DNA of 64,000 bases from Octopus sinensis (Eukaryota), in NCBI RefSeq assembly GCF_006345805.1, contig NC_043015.1:37758001-37822000 (forward strand), in the 5' to 3' direction. Below are positions 25,054 to 37,370 of this stretch, piece after piece. Position 1 is the first letter of the stretch; each line of letters begins with the position of its first letter. A program made the translations under genes and the position numbers. The notes below the pieces were generated by a model, which ran no database searches, was not told the DNA's origin, and saw nothing but the letters and a program-made list of their open reading frames with translations.

Positions 25054-25070
25054 CAGCGCCACCTATCCAC
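25054..25070 (-). promoter_or_regulatory. CTCF-like binding motif
   Basis: Reverse complement GTGGATAGGTGGCGCTG matches the right half of the CTCF core (AGGTGGCGCT). The left half is weaker. Confidence 0.35.
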
Positions 25071-25213
25071 ACACTGCTTCAGCTATCTTTGAATTGATGA
25101 GTCTCCATTTAAATATATCATTGCTTAGCACTTTCGACCCGTATTTTGTTTGCGGTGAGCCACCGATTACCACAACCAGATATTGAATGATGACGGGAAT
25201 AGCATAAGAGAGA

Positions 25214-25304
<91 letters not shown>

Positions 25305-25858
25305 GTCAGCTCGCCGTGCACTCTGCCCGGCTTCTGTGGCTGAGGGGGAAATAACACTCCAAAATGCATACATCCTACAGTCTGGTTAAGTGGCGTTGTG
25401 ATCAGGGGCGTCACCGGGTTCTAAAGTTAGGGGAGGCGAGCACATAAAATGAAAGGTACCGTGGCACACACCAAACAGCTTTTTAACTCATTGATTTTGC
25501 ATTTTAATCTTTGTGTTTCCACTCGAAACATAAGGAAGACAAAGTTCTGAAGGACGTACATACGACGAGCACTCACTACACGTTCTGCCCTCTAGGCGTA
25601 GCACCCAGGAATTGACACGGCCTACCGGCACGAAAATTTTTGCGCATGTGCAGGAAGGGTGAAAGTCAAAGGATTTTGCTCAAGAGGCATAAATTTTGGC
25701 AGGAAAAATTAAAGTCGGATACTTTTTCAACACACTTCGTATATATATGCATGTTTGTTTGTTTGTGTGTGTGTGTATGTTTGCGTGTGTGTGTATACAC
25801 ACATATATATACATATTTATACATATATATACGCGTGCGCGCACGCACACACATATTT

Positions 25859-26220
25859 AAAGAATTTAGTTGTGTAAAGCCGGAACAATGCAAGAAGGTA
25901 TAAAGTAAACAGCAAATTGAAAAGAAAACAAAAGAAAGTTGCAGTTTTACTTCGTATTTCTATATTTCGGGGTGAAGATCTCTTCTTCAAGATATTCGGA
26001 AAAGCGATGGTTGAGAAAAGTTTGTTGTTCAAAACTACACACACTTCTGAGCAACAAACTTTTCCCAACCACCGCTCTTCCGAATGTCCTGAAGAAGAGA
26101 TTTTCACCCCGAAATATAGAAATACGAAGCAAAACTGCAACTTTCTTCTGTTTTCTTTTCAGTTTGTTCGTTACTTTGTACCTTCTTGCATTGTTCCGGC
26201 TTCACACAACAACATTCTTT
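25859..26220. repeat. long fold-back inverted repeat (about 175-bp arms, about 90% identical, short spacer); MITE/foldback-like
   Basis: Arms 25859-26035 and about 26045-26220 are reverse complements. The near-identical ORFs on opposite strands (25939+ and 25817-) reflect this symmetry. Confidence 0.95.
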
Positions 26221-26274
26221 CAATTATACCTTACAATGTTTCACAAAAGCTACTTCATTTTAATATATATATAT

Positions 26275-26430
26275 ACCGCGGGCTTCTTTCAGTTTCCGTC
26301 AGCCAGATCCAGTCAAAAGTCTTTGGTCGACCCGGAGCAGTAGTGGAAGACATTTATCCAAGGTACTGCCACTGGAATCGAACCCAAGACCGCATGGTTG
26401 GGAAGGAAGCTTCTTAACCACACAGCTTGT
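26275..26430 (-). mobile_element. SINE family A 5' half
   Basis: GGGCTTCTTTCAGTTTCCGTC...TTCTTAACCACACAGC is the reverse complement of the family A head and CORE-like part. Confidence 0.75.
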
Positions 26431-26969
26431 CTTTTGTATTTCTTATTGTCTTGTACTTTCGACGGGAAAAGTCGGGAGGCGTGACTCGCATCATATTTAC
26501 ACATCATAATTGCTTCATCTTTGCTTTATAAATCTTGTTGCCGCTCACTTAATAGGATTCATTTGGTAAAAAGTGAGGCTTTTTTTTTTTATTTCTTCTT
26601 CTAAGTTAATATATTTGTTTCACAAAGTTAATATTTAACATCTAAATACAAATTATAAAATTATACACACCGTTTATATCAAACGGCAAAATATCCTATA
26701 CACCTCCTTAAAGAACATTGATTTCTTTGATCTTTCGATTTTTTTCCCTTCGATTCGTGTTTGTGTGTGTGTTTGAGTGTGTGTGTTTGAGTGTGTGTGT
26801 GTGTGTGTGTGTTGTGTGTGTGCGTGTGTTTTGGTATTTTTCCTAAACTCTCTAATGGACATAAACTGAGCTAACCGTGTTTTTTTTCATGCATCATCAT
26901 CGTCGTCTTCGTTGTCCTCCTCTTCCTCCTATTTTACTTCTTCCTCCTAACCATCATCATCATCATCAA

Positions 26970-27024
<55 letters not shown>

Positions 27025-27159
27025 GCTATCACTTGTTTTAAAAACAAAGACGATTTCGAAAGAGCCATCTCCTCATAGCATTCAATATCGTCACTCACAC
27101 ACGTACACGGTCTCTCTCTCCCTCTCTCACCCTCTATCTCTCTCTTTCTTTCTATCCTT

Positions 27160-27207
<48 letters not shown>

Positions 27208-27922
27208 CCCTTCAAGCGTATTTCGATATCCATCTTTATTGTATTCCTCAACGATTATAACATGTCATTCCGTCGTTCCTGTGCATCTCCCCTTCATCTC
27301 GATACTGCATGTTATCTCACTGCATCGTTGGCGGGGCGGGGGATGGAGTGGAAAATATACATACATACCTTTATACGCGAGTGTGTTTGAGTGTTTGTAT
27401 ATACTTATGTATATATATATAGATATATACATTTAAATATAGATGCATATATATATATATACATACACATATACATACAAATACATATATATATATACAT
27501 ATTCATACATATACACATATATATATACATACATATATACATACATATATGCATACATATACATATATATATATAAATACCTATACATATTTATATATAT
27601 ATATATACACAAACAAACATGTAAATATATGTGTGTCTATACATACACAAACACACACACATGTATAATATATATATATTATATATATATATATATATAT
27701 ATTATTATATATATATATATATATAGATATATATATGCATATATACATATATACATACATATATACATACAACATACATACATGCACAGATATTTCTACT
27801 GAAATCAGGAAGTGCCTTCAGCCGTTGAGTCTGGTGTACATAGGACTGCTTTGTACTTCTTGTTCTTCCAAATAAGTAAACTCACACGCATTCATACAAA
27901 CAAAAATACATACATACATACA

Positions 27923-27958
<36 letters not shown>

Positions 27959-28266
27959 TATATTGTATGTAAGCAGATATATACATAAATATGTATATTA
28001 TATGAATTTATATAAGTACATGTGTGCATGAATATTTATCCATATATATATATATATATATATATATACGAATCAGTATATGTATATATACAGATAGATA
28101 GATACACATATACATACATACATACAAACATACATACATATAAGTTTTACATATATGTATATATTTTACATATAAGTAAAAGCTATATTTGTATGCGTGT
28201 ACGTATGTATGTAAAAATAACTATAAATATTCATTTATCTTTACTGCTATGTACACATATATATAT

Positions 28267-28298
<32 letters not shown>

Positions 28299-28374
28299 AT
28301 ATATATAGATATATATATATATATATATAGTATATATATATATATATAGATATATATATATATAATATATATAC

Positions 28375-28405
<31 letters not shown>

Positions 28406-28489
28406 ATATATATATAATATATATATATATATTATATATATATATATATTATATATATTATATATATATATAGTATATATACTATATAT

Positions 28490-28525
<36 letters not shown>

Positions 28526-28545
28526 GTATATATACTATATATATA

Positions 28546-28589
<44 letters not shown>

Positions 28590-29293
28590 GTGTATATATA
28601 TATATGTTGCATATTACTCTGGGTATGTGCATGCGTGTGTGAGTTTCAGTTTATATTTTCCAACTTCTGATATGCTCCAGCTTTATCTCGTTTAAGTATA
28701 CATGAACGATCTTTCTTCTCCACACCCAAAACCCCATTATTGTTTATAAATGGCCCTTTACATGTCAATTCCCTGCCATTACTCTTCAATGCTGGGATGG
28801 TCTGCCATTCCAACATGCAAAATTATTCCCTCCTCCACGGTTCCACCCCTTCCAATATCTTCAACATTGTATATTATTTTCTTTCCGAAAAAATTTGATA
28901 AAAAATATAAAACTCTTGTCTTTGTTCTGTTTTTATTCCTATTCTCATTCTCATTCTTATTCTTATATCTATTCTTATTTCTGATTCTAAATCATATTTA
29001 TATTGATATCTCATGTTTATATTCCCTATTCTTATTCCTATATGTAATCTTATTCTTATTTCTCTTCGTTTTTAGATTTTATTTTTTTCTTCTTCACCGC
29101 CGTTGTTTTGTTCTTTATCCGGATGTTTTATCATTGGACACGAGATCTTCACTCTTTCTCTCTCCACCTCTCTCTCTCTCCTTTCTGTCCCTCTCTCCGA
29201 TCTCTCCTTCTCCCGCCACCCCATCGTTCTCCCCTCTACCCATTCTCTCCATCTCTTTTACTATCCTTTTCTCTCTCTCTCTCTTTGGGATAA

Positions 29294-29510
29294 GGCAGTG
29301 AGCTGGCAGAATCGTTAGCACGCTGGACGAAATGCTTAGGGGTATTTCGCCGGTCCCTACGTTCTGAGTTCAAATTCCGCCGAGCTCGACTTTACTTTTC
29401 ATCATTTCGAGCTCGATAAATTAAGATACCAGTGAAACACTGGGGTCGATATAATCGACTAGTTCCCCACCACACCAAACTGAGGCCTTGTGCCTCCAGT
29501 AGAAAGGATT
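29294..29510 (+). mobile_element. tRNA-derived SINE, family D
   Basis: GGCAGTGAGCTGGCAGAATCGTTAG head, GAGTTCAAATTCC B box, TCGATAAATTAAGATACCAG...CTGGGGTCGATATAATCGACT core. Decayed copies at 29525-29680, 30470-30560 and 31290-31400. Confidence 0.8.
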
Positions 29511-29959
29511 TCTCTCTTTGGTTTGTCAAATGACAGAACCGTTGGAGCGCCAGAGAAAATGCTTCACGCTGTTTGTTCAGGCTCTTTATGCTCCGAGTCC
29601 AATTCTCGCCGCACTCGACTTTACCGCTCATCACACCGCGATCGATAAAATAAAGTATCAGTCAAGTATGGACGCGATGGTACCGTTTCTAAACTCTCCT
29701 CTTAAAACTTCTCTCTTTCTGCCTAAATTAGAAAAAAAAAACTATGTTCTCTTTCATTCTCTTCCAACTAAACACTCCACTCCGTCCTTTCTTTATAATG
29801 GAATTATCCCCCCCCCCTTTCCTCTTCACTCTTTGTCGTTTTTCCCTTCGTCATCTAGTCCACTGGTTCTCAACGGGAGTCCATGTGATTCCTCATGGGG
29901 TCGATATAATATTTTTGGGGTTCACAAAATCAAAATAGTAGATTAGGGATCCACTGTAG

Positions 29960-30358
29960 CAGGCACGTGCAGCCAGGGTAGGCAGTTGGTGACCTTCATG
30001 TAGTAAAACGCAAAAAAAAAAAAAAAAAGCGAAACACAGACGCGCGACTGAGTTGAAAGCAAATTTACTTCTGCCTTTATGACACGTAAAGAAAACGGTG
30101 TTGTAGGAATGTACGCAGCACGTTTGCTACGGCAGTAATATGCGTAGCTTTAATACTGAGATTGAAAAGCAGGGACGAATTATGCCTACCTAATCTACAA
30201 AAGAATACATTTTGCATTTTATGCATAGTAATCAGAGTAACCTGCATAATTTTATTGAATTAGGTGCATATTTTACCATAAATATAAAATGTTGCTATCG
30301 ATCTATTTTATTCAAGGTAGGCACAGCCTACTTTACCTACCTAGGAGGCACATCCCTG
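29960..30358. mobile_element. hAT-superfamily MITE, 399 bp
   Basis: Exact 8-bp direct repeat CACTGTAG at 29952-29959 and 30359-30366. Imperfect TIRs CAGGCACGTGCAGCCAGGGTAGG and (reverse complement) CAGGGATGTGCCTCCTAGGTAGG. No ORF. Confidence 0.8.
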
Positions 30359-30619
30359 CACTGTAGTATTTTTAAGGGTCCATAGACAAATTCTATTTGA
30401 GATGTATTTAAGGCAAAAAGCAGCCATTGCAAAAAGAGTCGTTGTAGAGTCAAATCGTTTTGCGGTGATCGTTCCCAATCTCTAAGCTCTGGTTTCAAAT
30501 CTCACCCGTATCAACCTATTCATCTGCTCAGGGTCGATATAAATAAAGCACCAGTCCTTTCTTTGATCGGGTTTTCTCCTTTTCTAGCTCTTTATTTCTG
30601 TCAATTTCTTTCACTAACA

Positions 30620-31230
30620 TACAGACAATAACCAATCTTAGTTTGGAAGCTATTTAACTTTATTGGAACGACCATGGAATTTAATTTCGCAGTGAAAGGT
30701 TTAAGTACAGAACAATCTGCAGAAAATTGTGAATTTAAGTTAATGTACAAAAGGCAAAACATTGCATGGAGCTTAAAATGGAAGTCTTAATCCTGTATTA
30801 ATGGAGTGGATTCGTTGGTGTCGGAGCTGACATGTATCGCTTAACAGACTGACGGTCTTGAAACACAGGAACATCTATGGTAACGAAGCAATAAAGGTAA
30901 CAGAGTTCTTTACAATATTGGCTGGAAAAACGTTAAGGAAATGCATAGTTTTTAAATATTTAATGATTTGCGGTGATAAATCGTCTGCTGATTGTAAAGG
31001 AAACGAGAAATTCATTGATGAGTTCACAAAGATCGTGGCTGATAAAAAAAAATGTTTTTCACGGCAAAACAAGTGTATAACGTTGATGAAACACCGTTGT
31101 TCAGGTGTCATTGCTTCTGACAATTATTGCTTACGGATGATGAGACATCTTCAAAAGTTGATGATGCCAAAGACAGACAAACTGTGCTGAGGTGCACTGA
31201 GGCAACGGTTACCAGAGAGAAAATTTACTG
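30620..31230 (+). pseudogene. Tigger/pogo (CENP-B-like) transposase remnant
   Basis: Across frames: MEWIR..., KYLMICGDKSSAD...EKFIDEF, VYNVDETPLF, AKDRQTVLRC. These are canonical pogo motifs (ICGExxSAD, VYNxDETxLF, KDRxTVLxC). Confidence 0.85.
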
Positions 31231-31434
31231 CGATTTATTCTATGTAAAACCCTTCATCCCCACATAGAGCTCTACCTTGCATCTCTACATGGGGCCCACC
31301 GAGATCGATTCTACCTTTCGTTCCTCCGGGGCCGATAAAATAAAGTACCAGTCGAATAGTGGAGCTGATTCAATCTATTTAATCGCTTCCTCGAAACTTC
31401 CGGCCTTCTGCCTATATAATTACCATGGTAACAT

Positions 31435-31750
31435 AGGCGCGGCTGCGCGGTAAGAAGCTTGTTTCCCAGTCACATGGTTTGGGGTTCAATCTCACTGCAA
31501 GGAACCTTGGGGGGCAAACGTCTTCTACTCTAGCCTCAAGCTGACCAAAGCGTTGTGAGTGGATTTGGTTGACAGAAACTCGTCGGGTGTGTGTGTGTGG
31601 TGTCTTTTGTGCCTTGACAACCAGTGTTGGTGTGTTTACGTCCCCGTAACTTAGCGGTACGGCGAAAGAAACCGATAGAATAAGTAACAGGCTTAAAGAA
31701 AATACATACGGACTGGAATCCATTCATTCGACTAAAACTTCTTTAAGGCG
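31435..31750 (+). mobile_element. SINE family A copy
   Basis: GGCGCGGCTGCGCGGTAAGAAGC head through TTCGACTAAA 3' part. Confidence 0.8.
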
Positions 31751-31915
31751 ATCTCCAGGGAGATTCTTTTCCGGTGAACATAACGCAGCAGTGACTCGTG
31801 CTGACGGCAGGAAACAAGGACTGCTGCAGGCCAAGTGCCAAGTTCTGTCATTCCTGAACAAATGGTTTGAGCATTCCCCAACTGAAATTCAGATTAAAAA
31901 CGGGAAAATATCGCT

Positions 31916-32615
31916 CATGAAAATTCATATGCTTCAGATTTTGATGAAATTTGAACCATAGGTATTAGAAATAAATCTTTAAATATATCAAAAATGTCCA
32001 TTTCTTTGGATGATTCCAAGACCCCCTAATGGGGACTTAACCCCCAAATTTTAGTCATTTTTATGATCCAAAACGAAGTCAAAATTATTGAATGGGTCTT
32101 TATGAAATTTAGAAATTATATTCTATGCATAGGGGCGGATGTAATGCAGAATATGTTTGAAAATGAAGGGGGCATAAATGAGGCCATAACCCCCATGAAA
32201 ATTCATATGCTTCAGATTTTGATGAAATTTGAACCATAGGTATTAGAAATAAATCTTTAAATATATCAAAAATGTCCATTTCTTTGGATGATTCCAAGAC
32301 CCCCTAATGGGGACCTTAACTCCCAAATTTTAGTCATTTTTATGATCCAAAACGAAGTCAAAATTATTGAATGGGTCTTTATGAAATTTAGAAATTATAT
32401 TCTATGCATAGGGGCGGATGTAATGCAGAATATGTTTGAAAATGAAGGGGGCATAAATGAGGCCATAACCCCCATGAAAATTCATATATTTTTGCTGTTG
32501 ATGCAATTTTAACCATAGATATTAAAAACAAATGAATATTCCTAAAATTTCAACTTCTTAGGTAGTTAATAAGACCCCTTAATGGGGGCTTAACCCCCGC
32601 AGTTTAGTCATTTTT
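31916..32615. repeat. 278/279-bp tandem repeat (about 2.5 copies), Helentron/HINE-type internal repeat
   Basis: Units start at 31916, 32194 and 32473. The first two differ at only a few bases. Contains CAGATTTTGATGAAATTTG. A diverged partial unit occurs at about 33275-33395. Confidence 0.9.
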
Positions 32616-32649
32616 TCTAAGCCAAGACAAATACAATTGTAGTCTTGGA

Positions 32650-33260
32650 AGCTGTAGAGTCATCTAAGGATACAAGATGAGCGTTATTTGTAATTCAATG
32701 GTACAACAGTGAAAAAGTTTGCTTTGAGATATACTTAGATTGGGATTTCTGCAATGTGGTACATAAATTGTCAAGTAAAGGAGAGGCATCTTTGCCTCCA
32801 CTGATTCAGTTGCAAAGTGTTATTCTGAGTAAAGTTACTTGGTTGCAGACCTCCTTTGAGTCTTTTCATTATCACTGGATCAGAGATAGTCTCCAGATGG
32901 TAACATTGATTTCAAAACCTTTCCAGATAAGTGATTGATCATTCAAAGAGATTTATAGATTGCAAATTTATTCTCTTACCAATCGGCATAGTAGTCATTG
33001 GCAAACTCCAGAGGTGACACTTTCATTTCCCCTTAGCCCTCACGTCACACAGTTGTTAATGTTTATTTGAGTTGGGTCACGCCCTTCCAATTGCTATAGA
33101 TCCGTAATGCATCTTACAGCTGTGCCGGTCACCTGTATGGTGAGGAATCCTATATTGGGAAGTGGCAACAACTAGGGTAGGGTAGCTGACTGCTTATAGT
33201 AATCATTCGTCTTTTGTTTTCCTGTAGCTTTGCTCTCTTTTACAAACCCAGTGAACATTC
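32650..33260 (-). pseudogene. possible Helitron/PIF1-type helicase remnant
   Basis: Minus-strand pieces INHLSGKVLKSMLPSGDYL*SSD and KMPL/LLDNLC weakly parallel the Helitron helicase pattern INxxILxxLPGExxxYLSSD...PIMLLRNL. Heavily degraded. Confidence 0.3.
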
Positions 33261-33542
33261 ATCTATTTCCGATTTCAAAGAAATTTGAACAATGTATATA
33301 AGACTCAAGTTAAAAAAGATTCCCAACAATTCAACTTCTCTGGGTGACTTTAAGACCCCCCCCCTAATAGGGGCCTTAACTCCCACATTTTAGAGCACCA
33401 TGTGCTCCATTTTTCAGGAGCAAAAACCTTCGTGTGAGTTTTATAGGATTTGGATTTTCGAATCTGGGCATAAAGATGAGTAGAATGGGATAAATATGTC
33501 ATGATTAGAATTTATGTTAGGGTGTGTAAAGAGGGAAAGTAT

Positions 33543-33723
33543 ATATATACATACATATATATGCATATATATATATACATACGTAGGCTCGAAACGTAAA
33601 AGACTTTTTCTATTTCTATTCCTGAGCGCCATACTAATACATTTGTTTGTTTGTACTCCACCTGCCTTCGTCTTTTGTTTATTTTCGTAAACCTTCCCGT
33701 TATATATACACATATATGTGCAT

Positions 33724-33754
<31 letters not shown>

Positions 33755-33780
33755 CATACATACATACATACATACATACA

Positions 33781-33811
<31 letters not shown>

Positions 33812-33818
33812 GTATGTA
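33543..33818 (+). mobile_element. 5'-truncated Penelope-like terminal relic flanked by 56-bp direct repeats
   Basis: GGCTCGAAACGTAA...TTCCTGAGCGCC is shared with 8425-8470. Flanks GGGATAAATATGTCATGATTAGAATT...GTAAAGAGGGAAAGTAT at about 33487-33542 and 33819-33874. Confidence 0.55.
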
Positions 33819-33971
33819 TGGGATAAATATGTCATGATTAGAATTCTTGTTTGGACGTGTAAAGAGGGAAAGTATCCCCGTTAAAATTATATATATATAT
33901 ATATACACAAACATACACACACGACGGACTTCCACACAGTTTTGACTAAACCCTTCAAAGCGGTCCCCAAC

Positions 33972-34015
<44 letters not shown>

Positions 34016-34071
34016 ACATACTGTATATATATATTCATATATGTTTATGTATGTGTGAGCGTGCGTGTTTG

Positions 34072-35341
34072 TACCGCGGTTGAACAAAAAGAAGGAAACA
34101 CCACATTTTTTATTTACCAACTTTCTATTTTGGCAATGCGACAAATTCAAAAGTGTCCTAGTCTGCCGATCTGTATATATAAATGTGTCGTATTTATTAT
34201 GTATATCACCTACTTCCCTACTTCATGATATAATTCTCTATACTTCTTTTTTTTTCTTGTTTTGTTTGTTAAAATACGTGTGACGTCACTGATTTCCAAA
34301 GAGGACAAATTATTGGAGCGTGGATGGCGTGGATGGAACTACAGTCGCTAAAACTACGGAGTTGTTAATAGTCACGAGAGGTGCAGTCTTTTTAAAATCA
34401 TGTTGGCATTCCAAAACCAAAGTAAAGCAGATCTGGAAAGCATATTCCTGGACGGTAGGCGAAGATCACAGAAGGGAACTGCAGAATAGCGAAATAAACC
34501 CCGTTTAAAAACCATCGAACTACAGCAGCAAAAATGGCAGTAGAGCTAAGCCACCCCCCCTGTTACCAAACTTGTGTCAACCAAAACGGTTCTTCGTGAG
34601 CTCAATAAAACTGAATACCACGGAAAGACTGAAATGGATAAACCTTTGCAGTCCTCCATCGATGGAATGAAAAGTGGTAAGAAATGGCATCTCGACGATT
34701 GGAATTGATCAATGGCTCAATGGAACAATTTAATCTTGTCTGATGAATTACCAGTCAATCTTTTTGCCACTTCGAGATACGTTTAAATCTGAAGCCAGCC
34801 TAAAGAAGCCTTCAATTCTGACAATATGGAGGTGCCAGTGAGTCAAATCAATTAGCCATATCATGGAATTCCCTTGCCCCTTTAGGTGTTCTACAGAGTT
34901 AACGCTAAGGATTATGTGGGTATTTTGGCTTATAAGGCCCATCCTATGGTACAAACATTGTTCCTGGTGGTAGCGATATCTTCCAGGACGACAATGTGCC
35001 GATTCCACGTAGCTAATGTTATTCAAAATTGGTGTAAAGAACACAGAAGTGAAGTAGGCAACTTGAACTGGGTTCCACAACCACCGAATTTCGATATAAT
35101 TGGAAATTTATGGCACATTTTGGAGCAGCAAGTCGAAGCCGCTTCCCTCCGCCATCGCTGTTGAAAGAACCAAAGCGTTTTTTTTACTTAAAGACTGGCT
35201 CAGAATCAGCGCTGAAAACGGCTCAGAAGTTCCACGGGTGAATTCCTCGACCTATTAAAGCTATGATTCACGTCAAAGCTATGAAATAATAAACCTTCCA
35301 TTAAACGAGGTGTTTCCATTATTTGGTCCCAAGTGTTGGTA
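34072..35341 (+). mobile_element. full-length decayed Tc1-family DNA transposon (about 1.27 kb)
   Basis: Left TIR TACCGCGGTTGAACAAAAAGAAGGAAACACC (34072-34102) and right TIR GGTGTTTCCATTATTTGGTCCCAAGTGTTGGTA. Transposase pieces DVTDFQRGQIIGA and DDNVPIHVANVIQNW...LNWVPQPPNFDIIGNLWHILEQQV. Confidence 0.9.
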
Positions 35342-36240
35342 GTGATACTGGAGGGAATGTGGGTGATAGTGGCGATGGTAGTTGCGGTGGTAGTAGTCGT
35401 GGTGTTGCTCTTGGTGATGGAGATGTTGGTGGCACCGGTGACGGTAATAATAGTGGTATTGGCAGTGGTGATGAAGGTTGTAGTAATGCTGTCGGTAAAG
35501 AAGTTACACTGGAGGTGTTGGTGGTGCTAGTAGTAGTAGTAGTAGAGGTGGTGGCAGTGCTTGTGGGTGTAGTGGCGGTAGTACACATGTTGGTGCTAAA
35601 CAAAGCAAGCAAACGGTAATTTATCAAGCCAGCTATTATTGTTAAATGACGAGGCAAGAGCTTGCTTCGGAAACTAGTTTGGATACGGCAGGGAGCCAAC
35701 AAACACACCCACACACATGCACTACACAGAACACATGCACACACACTACACAGAACACATGCACACACACCAAACACATACACAGAACACATGCACACAC
35801 ACCAAACACATACACACACACACACTACACAGAACACATGCACACACACCCAACACATACACACAACACATGCACACACATTACACACACGCACATACAC
35901 ATATATATGCGTAAATATATAACGATACATATAAATGTGTATGCATAAACGCATACACACACATATATGTATACATACACACACAAATACATATATACAT
36001 ACATACATACATACATTTGTGTAAATATATATACATATTCATATATGACAGTGTGTGTGTTTATGTATGTGTGTGTGTGTGTGTGTTTATGTGTGTGTGT
36101 GTGTGTGTGTGTGAACCTGTGCTGTGATTGAGGTGTTTGTTTTAGGCTCTCAATGTGCGAAACACATTTTTTTGTAGTGTTTGGTGTTTGTCAACTATAA
36201 ATTCCGTTCGTCTCTCACTCGCTGAAACACACACACACAT

Positions 36241-36279
<39 letters not shown>

Positions 36280-36381
36280 GTATATATATATATATATAAT
36301 ATATACGTATATATACGTATATACATATAAATATATATATATATATATAATATACGTATATATATATATATATTATATATA

Positions 36382-36413
<32 letters not shown>

Positions 36414-37289
36414 GAATATATATAAATAAATATATACGTATATAGATATATATATATATGAATATATATATATATGAATATATATATGCGTATACATATA
36501 TATATATATCACATATATATGAATATATATATGCGTATACATATATATATATCATATATATCATATATAGCATTGCATATATGTGTGTGCATATGTATAT
36601 ATATAGTGTATGTATGTACGTATGTATGTATGTATGTATGTATGTATGTATGTATGTATGTATGTATGTATGTATGTATGTATGTATGTATGTATGTATG
36701 TATGTATGTATGTATGTATTCACAGCCTTGTACGTGTGTATATATCCTATTTTGTCTGTATGTCAGCCTTAGTAATGCGGTATGTTTTCAAAGAGACTAT
36801 TGCAACTAAGAGCAAGTGCGCGCGCGCGTGTGTGTATACGGCTATATATAGTTTCTCTCTGTGTAAATGCATTAATTCAATGACTGTATATTTATGTATA
36901 ATGCGCCAAATATTTGGGTAAAAATATTCGTTTCTATGTCAGTGTGTGTGTATAAAGTTTAGGTATAAATATGTGTGCGGTTTGTGTGTGTTTGTATTGC
37001 ATAGAAGTCTGTGTGTAGTAACTTGGGTGATTGACGAATGTGCCCCGTCCGTTTTACTAGCTCCGTTAATGTATGTATATTGTGTGTTTGTTGTATTGTA
37101 TAAATATCTGTGTGTGTAGAAACGCACGTTTGTGTATATGCGTGTATGTGGTGCACGTACGGTTACACGTGCGTTTGCCGAAATGTCTGGACGTGTCCCA
37201 GTAACTACATGAAGGAACGTAAATATATATTATATATATATAGATAGATAGATATAAATATATATACACACACATACATACATGCAGCG

Positions 37290-37320
<31 letters not shown>

Positions 37321-37338
37321 ATATTATATATATATAAT

Positions 37339-37370
<32 letters not shown>

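Noticed and set aside
25403-25640. CAGGGGCG start suggesting another hAT/MITE
   Set aside because: No matching right TIR or TSD was found.
25817-26417. Pair of near-identical ORFs on opposite strands, resembling a duplicated gene
   Set aside because: A by-product of the fold-back inverted repeat. The longer ORF runs into a SINE.
28750-29301. 183-aa hydrophobic ORF resembling a membrane protein
   Set aside because: Encoded by TTATTC/CT low-complexity sequence and ends in a SINE.
31916-32615. CRISPR-like or gene-duplication reading of the regular repeats (also 6055-6115)
   Set aside because: Head-to-tail repeats without unique spacers in eukaryotic DNA, and no cas genes.
35319-36008. 229-aa ORF with Thr/Pro/Ser-rich mucin-like tail
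   Set aside because: Derived from (CA)n and (GGT/TAG)n repeats and overlaps the Tc1 TIR.
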